Below, in pieces: positions 57,433 through 64,000 of a stretch of 64,000 bases of DNA; position 1 is the stretch's first letter; each line of letters opens with the position of its first letter. The notes under the pieces are model-generated. The model saw only the letters and a program-made list of their open reading frames with translations, was not told where the DNA came from and did not search any database. Made by a program: the position numbers and the translations under genes. Source of the stretch: Magnetococcales bacterium (lineage in GTDB: Bacteria > Pseudomonadota > Magnetococcia > Magnetococcales > UBA8363); assembly GCA_002753515.1 (NCBI GenBank), contig PEAK01000001.1, positions 110,138 through 174,137 on the forward strand, read 5' to 3'.

Positions 57433-58719
57433 ATGGGCTTGAAAGTCATGTTGATTGGTGGCGGCGGTCGCGAGCATGCTTTGGCATGGAAAATCGCCAG
57501 CTCACCCTTGGTCGAAAAATTGGTTTGTGTCCCCGGTAATCCAGGCATGGCACAGGTTGCAGAGTGCGTCTCCATGGGGACTTCGGATCTGGAGGCCCTG
57601 AAATCATGGGCTGTTTCCAACCGAATCGATCTGACGGTGATCGGTCCCGAAGCCCCCCTGGTCGCAGGTTTGGCGGATCATTTTCGCGCATCTGGATTGG
57701 CGGTTTTCGGTCCTTCGCAGGTGGCGGCGGCTCTTGAGGGCTCCAAGGCCTTTATGAAGGATCTCCTGAAACGGTATCACATTCCCACTGCCGGATATCA
57801 GGTGTTCACCGATGCAACGGCTGCGTTGGATCATATCCGCAGACAGGGGGCTCCCATCGTCGTCAAGGCTTCCGGATTGGCAGCAGGCAAGGGGGCCATG
57901 GTGTGCCATACCCTTGAAGAGGCGGAACAGGCCGTGCATCGTGCCATGGTTCAGCGCGAATTCGGTGCGGCGGGCCATGAGGTGGTGGTGGAGGAATTTT
58001 TAACGGGTGAAGAGGTATCCTTCATGGCATTCGCCGATGGGGAACGCCTCCTTCCCATGGCTAGTGCCCAGGACCACAAGGCGGTGGGAGAGGGGGATAC
58101 CGGACCCAATACGGGGGGTATGGGAGCTTATTCCCCGGCACCCATCCTGACGCCCCGCCTGCATGATCGCATCATGGTTGAAATCATGCAGCCGGTTATC
58201 GATGCCATGGCGGCGGAAGGTCGACCTTATCGTGGCGTGTTGTACGCCGGTTTGATGATTGATGGTGATGTGCTGAAAGTTTTGGAGTTCAACGCCCGTT
58301 TTGGCGATCCTGAGACCCAGCCCCTGTTGATGCGTATGCGGAGTGATATCGTTCCATTTCTCATGGCCTCAGCCGTTGGATCCCTCGCGGGTATGACCAT
58401 CGATTGGGATCCCCGGCCTGCCGTGTGTGTGGTGATGGCGGCGGGTGGTTATCCAGGGAGTTATACGAAGGATCATCTTATTTTTGGTTTGCAGACAGCG
58501 GCACGATTGGCGGATGTGCAAATTTTTCACGCCGGAACCCGTCGTTTGGGACAGAAACTTGTGACTGCGGGTGGTCGTGTGTTGGGCGTGACGGGTTTGG
58601 GGGATACCGTTACTCAAGCTCGCAAGGTGACCTATGCGGCAGTAGATCATATTCATTGGCAGGACGCCTATTTTCGCAGAGATATCGCCCACCGTGCCAT
58701 ATCCAGGGAGGCCCCATGA
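57433..58719 (+). CDS. purD: Phosphoribosylamine--glycine ligase
   Basis: Start trimmed to ATG 57433 (MGLKVMLIGGGGREHALAWKIA). ATP-grasp core; EFNARFGDPE. Confidence 0.94.
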   Translation: MGLKVMLIGGGGREHALAWKIASSPLVEKLVCVPGNPGMAQVAECVSMGTSDLEALKSWAVSNRIDLTVIGPEAPLVAGLADHFRASGLAVFGPSQVAAALEGSKAFMKDLLKRYHIPTAGYQVFTDATAALDHIRRQGAPIVVKASGLAAGKGAMVCHTLEEAEQAVHRAMVQREFGAAGHEVVVEEFLTGEEVSFMAFADGERLLPMASAQDHKAVGEGDTGPNTGGMGAYSPAPILTPRLHDRIMVEIMQPVIDAMAAEGRPYRGVLYAGLMIDGDVLKVLEFNARFGDPETQPLLMRMRSDIVPFLMASAVGSLAGMTIDWDPRPAVCVVMAAGGYPGSYTKDHLIFGLQTAARLADVQIFHAGTRRLGQKLVTAGGRVLGVTGLGDTVTQARKVTYAAVDHIHWQDAYFRRDIAHRAISREAP

Positions 58720-59228
58720 ACGCATCTCCAGTCGTAGGAATTTTAATGGGTTCCGATTCTGACTTTGAAATCATGCGCGAAGCGGGGCGGGTCCTTAAAG
58801 ATTTTGCCATCCCTTTCGAGATGCTGGTTACTTCGGCGCATCGTACCCCGGAACGAACCCACGATTACGCGACACGGGCGGCACAGCGTGGCCTGAAGGT
58901 GCTTATCGTCGGCGCGGGCGCGGCGGCGCATCTGGCAGGGGTGGTCGCAGCGGTTACCCCGTTGCCGGTCATTGGTGTCCCTTTGTCGGCAACCGACCTC
59001 AAAGGCATGGACGCCTTGTTGGCAACGGTGCAGATGCCTGGAGGGATCCCGGTGGCCACCATGGCCATAGGCAAGGCCGGGGCTATCAATGCGGCCTTGT
59101 TCGCAGCAAAAATTTTGGCGTTGACCCAGATTGGGCTTATGGAAAAGTTGCAAGCCTATCGCGATGCAATGGCTCAAGGGGTGGAAAAAAAGAATCAAGC
59201 CCTCCAGGAACAATTGGCGCGTTTATGA
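58716..59228 (+). CDS. purE: N5-carboxyaminoimidazole ribonucleotide mutase
   Basis: ATG 58716 overlaps the purD stop (ATGA). [16 protein letters not shown] and AGGAAHLAG-type ([11 protein letters not shown]) motifs. 170 aa. Confidence 0.94.
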   Translation: MNASPVVGILMGSDSDFEIMREAGRVLKDFAIPFEMLVTSAHRTPERTHDYATRAAQRGLKVLIVGAGAAAHLAGVVAAVTPLPVIGVPLSATDLKGMDALLATVQMPGGIPVATMAIGKAGAINAALFAAKILALTQIGLMEKLQAYRDAMAQGVEKKNQALQEQLARL

Positions 59229-59265
59229 ACATTGCGCTGTCAGGAATCGCTCCCGAAAGCGTTGG

Positions 59266-59631
59266 TCAGGAGGGGAGGATGGACTCTACGACACTCGTGA
59301 TGTTTTTGCCATCCACAGGCTTGGCCAGAAAGCCGTTGGCACCGGCTTTGGCCCCGAGGCGTGCGTTTTGACTGGAGTGGTTCGCCGTTACAATAATGAT
59401 TTTACCCGTGTATCCTTGTTTTCGAATGTTGGTGATCGCGGTAATCCCGTCCATTCCCGGCATGTTCAGATCCATGAAGATGAGATCCGGGTTCCACGAG
59501 GCTGCCAACTGGATGGCTTCCGCCCCGGATTCGCAGGATTTGGCATCATGCCTCTTGCCGGCCTCCACGAGAAATTTTTCTAATATCAGACAATTGATTG
59601 GTTCATCATCGACAATGAGTATCTTGGCCAT
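59266..59631 (-). CDS. CheY-like single-domain response regulator (orphan)
   Basis: Start trimmed to ATG 59631 (MAKILIVDDEPIN...DLIFMDLNMPGMDG...AKP). 121 aa. Confidence 0.86.
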   Translation of the reverse strand: MAKILIVDDEPINCLILEKFLVEAGKRHDAKSCESGAEAIQLAASWNPDLIFMDLNMPGMDGITAITNIRKQGYTGKIIIVTANHSSQNARLGAKAGANGFLAKPVDGKNITSVVESILPS

Positions 59632-59710
59632 GGATGTGTCTCCCCTTCTGACGACCACATTTTCCGAACCCAATTGGCGCGACGCTATAGTAACTTATTA
59701 AACATTACGA

Positions 59711-60496
59711 CTACCTTAGTCCAGCAAAAAAACTTCCCACCGCTTCGGCTCCCCGGGAGAGGTGGATTTCAATGGCGGCTGTTCCCACCACGGCGATTTC
59801 CACTTTGCCGCGAAGGCTTTGAACATCCTCGCGGGAACGGACACCAAATCCCAAAGCCAAGGGTGTACGCGTGGCGGAACGACACCGCTTGATAAAAGCC
59901 ATGACCTGGGGATCAAACTCGGTATGCCGCCCGGTGACACCCCGGCGCGCTACGCAATACACCAGACCGGAAGCTCCTTGACCCAGCAGTTCAAGTCGGG
60001 AGTCGGGGGTGGTGGGGGTGAACAGACGGATCCAATCGAGTTGATTGTTTCCATGGGTTTGACAGCTTTGGATGGCTTCACCCGCCTCCTCCAGGGGGAG
60101 GTCGGGGACGATCAATCCGCGGACGCCCATGGCAGCAGCCCGTTGGATGAATGCATCCATCCCCTGTGCCATGAGAATGTTGGTGTAGGTCATGATGATG
60201 ATGGGGATGGGATAGCGCTGGACGCTTTCGGCGATAAAATTCAAGCCGGTTTCAACCCGAAAGCCATTGGCGAGGGATTCTTGATTGGCGCGAGCGATGA
60301 CGGGGCCATCGGCGATCGGCTCGGAAAAAGGGATTTGCAACTCGATGATAGGGACGCCAGCGGCTACCATGGCATCCATCACCTTGCGGTTTTCTTCCAG
60401 CGATGGATATCCCAGAACCAGATGGGACATGAGCAGTATGGGATCCGGGGAGTTGCGAATACAGGTTTCAAGGAGACTGGGGGTCACGGCATGCAT
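59711..60496 (-). CDS. trpA: Tryptophan synthase alpha chain
   Basis: Start trimmed to ATG 60496. ELQIPFSEPIADGPVI, plus GFGV (LALGFGVRS) near the C-terminus. Confidence 0.9.
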   Translation of the reverse strand: MHAVTPSLLETCIRNSPDPILLMSHLVLGYPSLEENRKVMDAMVAAGVPIIELQIPFSEPIADGPVIARANQESLANGFRVETGLNFIAESVQRYPIPIIIMTYTNILMAQGMDAFIQRAAAMGVRGLIVPDLPLEEAGEAIQSCQTHGNNQLDWIRLFTPTTPDSRLELLGQGASGLVYCVARRGVTGRHTEFDPQVMAFIKRCRSATRTPLALGFGVRSREDVQSLRGKVEIAVVGTAAIEIHLSRGAEAVGSFFAGLR

Positions 60497-60558
60497 CGTA
60501 AGGATGTCCTGGTTTAAAATCTTGCCGAACAAACGAAGGATCGGAGCTGTCTTAATCT

Positions 60559-61785
60559 TTAAGATTTTTGATACTGGTGTGCCTTGTCCAGGATGAATGT
60601 ACGCCATCCCGGATCGCCGAGGGCATCGGCGATGGTGAAAATGTCTTTGTCGCCGCGACCGGAAAGGTTAATGATAATAACGGAGTCCTTGGGCATGAGG
60701 GGCATTTCCGCAAATGCGCGGGCAACGGCATGGGTTGACTCCAGGGCACCGATCAAACCCTCCTTTTGCATCAAAATCTTTAATGCCGCAACCACTTCCT
60801 GGTCGCTGGCGGATGCAAATCGGACGCGTCCGGTGTTGTGGAGATGGGCCAGAATGGGGGATACCCCGACATAATCGAGCCCGGCTGCTACCGAATGGGT
60901 CTCGCGCATCTGTCCGTCATCGTCCTGGAGAAACAGGGTGCGATAACCGTGGGCGATCCCCAGACGACCGGCGTTGGAAGCCAGACGTGAGGCGTGGCGT
61001 CCCGATGCGATGCCCTCACCACCCGCCTCCACACCGATGAGTTCGACCTGGGGGTCATCCAGGAATCCCTGGAAAATACCCATGGCATTGGAACCGCCAC
61101 CGACACAGGCATAAACCCGATGTGGCAGGCGTCCAGCCTGCTTTAAAATTTGTTGCCGGGCTTCGATGCCGATGATGGATTGAAACCAGGAGACCATTTC
61201 GGGAAAAGGATGTGCGCCACAGGCGGTTCCCAGGACATAATGGGTTTCATCCATGCTGCCGACCCAATCCCGCAAGGCTTCGTTGATGGCATCCTTGAGG
61301 ATGCAGGAACCCGAAGTGACCGGGACGACGGTGGCACCCAATTGTTGCATCCAGAAGACGTTGGGACGTTGGCGTTCCACATCTTTGGCACCCATGTAGA
61401 TCACGCATTCCAATCCCATTCTGGCGGCCATGGTGGCGGTGGCGACCCCGTGTTGCCCGGCACCGGTTTCGGCGATGACCCTTTTTTTGCCCATCCGCCG
61501 CACCAGGAGCCCTTGGCCCATGACATTGTTGGCCTTGTGAGCGCCGGTTTGATTCAGGTCTTCGCGTTTGATATAAACCTTGTGACCAAAGTGTGCGGAA
61601 AGATTTTCGGCGAAGGTCAAGGGGGTTGGCCGACCCGAATAATTTTCCATAAGATCCAGATATTCCTGCCAAAAATTGGGATCTTGACGCGCCTGTTCAT
61701 AGGCTAGGGTCAGGCGACGAAAGGTCTCATGCAGGATTTCCGGTATATAGGCCCCGCCAAAAATGCCAAAATAGCCTTTTTTCAT
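60559..61785 (-). CDS. trpB: Tryptophan synthase beta chain
   Basis: 408 aa. YIKREDLNQTGAHKANN (PLP lysine), GAGQHGVATA, VGGGSNAMG. Confidence 0.96.
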   Translation of the reverse strand: MKKGYFGIFGGAYIPEILHETFRRLTLAYEQARQDPNFWQEYLDLMENYSGRPTPLTFAENLSAHFGHKVYIKREDLNQTGAHKANNVMGQGLLVRRMGKKRVIAETGAGQHGVATATMAARMGLECVIYMGAKDVERQRPNVFWMQQLGATVVPVTSGSCILKDAINEALRDWVGSMDETHYVLGTACGAHPFPEMVSWFQSIIGIEARQQILKQAGRLPHRVYACVGGGSNAMGIFQGFLDDPQVELIGVEAGGEGIASGRHASRLASNAGRLGIAHGYRTLFLQDDDGQMRETHSVAAGLDYVGVSPILAHLHNTGRVRFASASDQEVVAALKILMQKEGLIGALESTHAVARAFAEMPLMPKDSVIIINLSGRGDKDIFTIADALGDPGWRTFILDKAHQYQKS

Positions 61786-61879
61786 GGTTGATCCCTGGTA
61801 GATTATTCTGGAATACGGGCCACTATAGCCCGTTACGGGCCATCAGGGAAAGAGAACGTTTGGGCCACTCGGGAATTGG

Positions 61880-63211
61880 ATGGTTATGGACACGATAGCA
61901 GCCTGGATTTGGAACCCTTTTTTCAGTTTGATCTATATTGAAATCGGCATTTTGTTCCTGCTGATCACTCGCGGGCTTTCCTTGCGGGAACCTTTCGTGA
62001 TGTTTTGGCGTATCCGGTCACAGAAAATCCAGCAAAGCGGCAACGAACACCACATTTCCCATATGACGGCTTTGGGTGCGGCCCTGGCTTCCAGTGTTGG
62101 GGTCGGCAATTTGGCGGGTGTGGGTACCGCCATTCACCTTGGCGGACCGGGGGCCATGTTCTGGTTGTGGGTTTCGGCCATTGTTGGCGGTTCTTTCCAA
62201 ATGTGTTCCGCCTATCTGGCTGTGCGCCATGGACCTAAAGACGTCCATTCCATCCATTATGCCACCCCCATGTCCTATCTGGTCAAATTTGTCGGTCATT
62301 CCTGGCCGATGCTGGCGCCGATCCTTGCGGGATTGATTTTGTTTTATGGCATGGTCAGCGCCAATTTGATCCAGGCCAATTCCGTATCCCGTGCCTTGGC
62401 CAACGAATTGGGTTCCTCCGATATTTGGGTGGCGATCACCCTGTTTGTTACGGTATCTGCCGTCATCGTTGGTGGCGTCAAATCCATTGTTCGCTTCAGT
62501 GCCATTATTGGTCCCTGGATCACCGCTCTTTTCGTGGCCTGTGGTTTGTTGATCCTCATCCTGAACCCGCTGGCCACTCTCAAGTCGTTGCAAACGATTT
62601 TCCAGGCGGCCTTTCACCCGTACGCCATCGGTGGCGGGGTGGCGGGATATACGGTCATGCAGGCGATGCAGTTTGGTGTGGCTCGTGGGGTTTTCACCCA
62701 TTTCTCCGGTTTGGGAATCGCCCCGTTCTACCAGAGCGCCAATGACGATCATCCCGCTGTCGGTGCCCATTTGGCGGCATTGGTGCCTTTGATCGACTCT
62801 TTGCTGGTTTGCAGTATTACCGGTCTGGTTGTTTTGGACTTGGGTGACTGGCAGCAATTCACCGGGGCCTATCTGACCGCCACCGCCTTCCAAACGGGAC
62901 TGGGTGACGGCGGTCGGTGGGTGTTGTTTTTGTGTCTGGGAGTCTTCGCCTATACCACCATCATCAGTTGGGCGCATTTTTCCGAGCGGTGTTATCATTA
63001 TTTGGGGGGGCGCCGTGTGATCGCTTTTCGCTGGACATTTGCCGGCGTCACCTTTTGCGGTCCATTCATGCCGGTGGGCTTTATTTGGTCCATGGCCGAT
63101 GTCGTTATTAGTTTAATGATCATGGTGCATCTTGTTCCAATGATCTATATTGTCATAAAAACATTGCCGGAGATGCTCGCCGATCTTCGATCACCTGTTT
63201 TCCGCCAATAA
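61880..63211 (+). CDS. Alanine/glycine:cation symporter (AGCS family)
   Basis: 443 aa and polytopic. HISHMTALGAALASSVGVGNLAGVGTAIHLGGPGAMFWLWVSAIVGG is the AGCS signature region. Confidence 0.85.
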   Translation: MVMDTIAAWIWNPFFSLIYIEIGILFLLITRGLSLREPFVMFWRIRSQKIQQSGNEHHISHMTALGAALASSVGVGNLAGVGTAIHLGGPGAMFWLWVSAIVGGSFQMCSAYLAVRHGPKDVHSIHYATPMSYLVKFVGHSWPMLAPILAGLILFYGMVSANLIQANSVSRALANELGSSDIWVAITLFVTVSAVIVGGVKSIVRFSAIIGPWITALFVACGLLILILNPLATLKSLQTIFQAAFHPYAIGGGVAGYTVMQAMQFGVARGVFTHFSGLGIAPFYQSANDDHPAVGAHLAALVPLIDSLLVCSITGLVVLDLGDWQQFTGAYLTATAFQTGLGDGGRWVLFLCLGVFAYTTIISWAHFSERCYHYLGGRRVIAFRWTFAGVTFCGPFMPVGFIWSMADVVISLMIMVHLVPMIYIVIKTLPEMLADLRSPVFRQ

Positions 63212-63267
63212 CTTGGTTACGAAAGACAGCACGGGCCAACCAACCATCGCAGGTGTTGCAACGCTCC

Positions 63268-64000
63268 ATGGAAGACCTCCTTTTTCTCAGCCATCGTATC
63301 CCCTATCCCCCCAACAAGGGGGATAAAGTGCGGTCTTATCACCTGCTGCGCTTTTTGGCTCGCCATTATCGGGTGCATGTCGGGGCTTTTATCGACACAC
63401 CTGAAGATTGGGCCCATGTCCCTGTATTGCAGGAATTGTGTCATGGCGAAACCCATTGGGCCGCTTTAAATCCCCGTTGGGCCAAGGTGAAAGCCTTGCG
63501 TGGTCTTTGGCGGGATCAATCCCTTACTTTCCATTATTATGCCAACCGGGGCATGCAACATTGGGTCAATGACCTCATGGGGCGCCTGAAGGTGCCGCGT
63601 ATCCTGGTTTATTCGGCGGCTCCCAGTCGTTTTGTCATGCATCCCTGGTCGCATCAGCCCAGGTGTGTGATTGATTTTGTCGATGTCGATTCGGTCAAAT
63701 GGTTGGAGTACGCCCGGAGCAGTCGAGGTTTCATGAGTCGCATCCATGCCCGGGAGTCCAGGACCCTTCAGGAAATGGAACGTGCCATTGCCAGTCGTTT
63801 TGCCGCCTCATTGTTCGTCAGTCATGCGGAGGCGGAATTGTTCCGGCAGGTGGCTCCCGAATCGGCGGCTCGGGTTCACTATTGGGAAAATGGGGTGGAC
63901 AGTGAGTTTTTCAATCCCCTGGAGGCCTATCCCAATCCCTATGGATCAGGTGAAACGTTGGTTTTTACCGGGGCCATGGACTATCGCCCGAATATTCAGG
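63268..64000 (+). CDS. Glycosyltransferase, N-terminal part (resembles the PEP-CTERM/EpsH1-associated sugar transferase family); continues past window end
   Basis: The frame is open from ATG 63268 to the window edge. MEDLLFLSHRIPYPPNKGDKVRSYHLLRFLA...VDVDSVKW...LFVSHAEAELF...VFTGAMDYRPN matches my recollection of that family's N-terminus. Confidence 0.65.
   Translation, partial: MEDLLFLSHRIPYPPNKGDKVRSYHLLRFLARHYRVHVGAFIDTPEDWAHVPVLQELCHGETHWAALNPRWAKVKALRGLWRDQSLTFHYYANRGMQHWVNDLMGRLKVPRILVYSAAPSRFVMHPWSHQPRCVIDFVDVDSVKWLEYARSSRGFMSRIHARESRTLQEMERAIASRFAASLFVSHAEAELFRQVAPESAARVHYWENGVDSEFFNPLEAYPNPYGSGETLVFTGAMDYRPNIQ

Noticed and set aside
61786-61879. A possible glycine riboswitch upstream of the alanine/glycine:cation symporter.
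   Set aside because: Only 94 nt are available, shared with the divergent trpB promoter. I see none of the conserved glycine-riboswitch core strings, only a short ACGGGC/GCCCGT hairpin and GGGCCA(C/T) repeats.

Overview
A 64-kb chromosomal window, about 52-55% GC by eye, from a Gram-negative, flagellated, Pseudomonadota-type bacterium. I cannot assign the species. It holds about 60 protein genes, one tRNA-Leu(UAG) and one decayed IS3-family element. I saw no rRNA and no CRISPR. All domain calls were made by eye from the translations; no searches were run.

Most of the window is housekeeping: a pqiB fragment plus pqiC, ppiD, ribF-ileS-lspA, an M16 peptidase pair, bioA, tex, gpsA, tsaD, nhaA, hemC-hemD, dtd, phaB, a complete E. 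coli-order atpIBEFHAGDC operon, purD-purE, trpB-trpA and an alanine/cation symporter.

The window is dense in signalling genes. Five proteins carry receiver domains: REC-PAS-GGDEF(degenerate)-EAL, REC-PP2C, an OmpR type, and two CheY-like. There is also one PAS histidine kinase, one Hpt protein and one PilZ protein.

Two stretches look accessory or unusual:
- 19.6-23.9 kb: a low-GC CmoB-like methyltransferase, a decayed IS3 element, and a translationally coupled operon of two ArnE/ArnF-like half-transporters plus a FemAB/BioF2-like acyltransferase.
- 35.8-46.6 kb: a giant low-GC polysaccharide-export (OPX/SLBB) protein, then a tight operon. The operon encodes a bifunctional aldolase/SDR, a 1367-aa helicase-shaped protein that has no P-loop and ends in 11 tandem HA (helicase-associated) repeats, and a PilZ-3TM membrane protein whose GTG start overlaps the preceding stop.

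The second stretch is my best candidate for an undescribed system. Its function is inference only.
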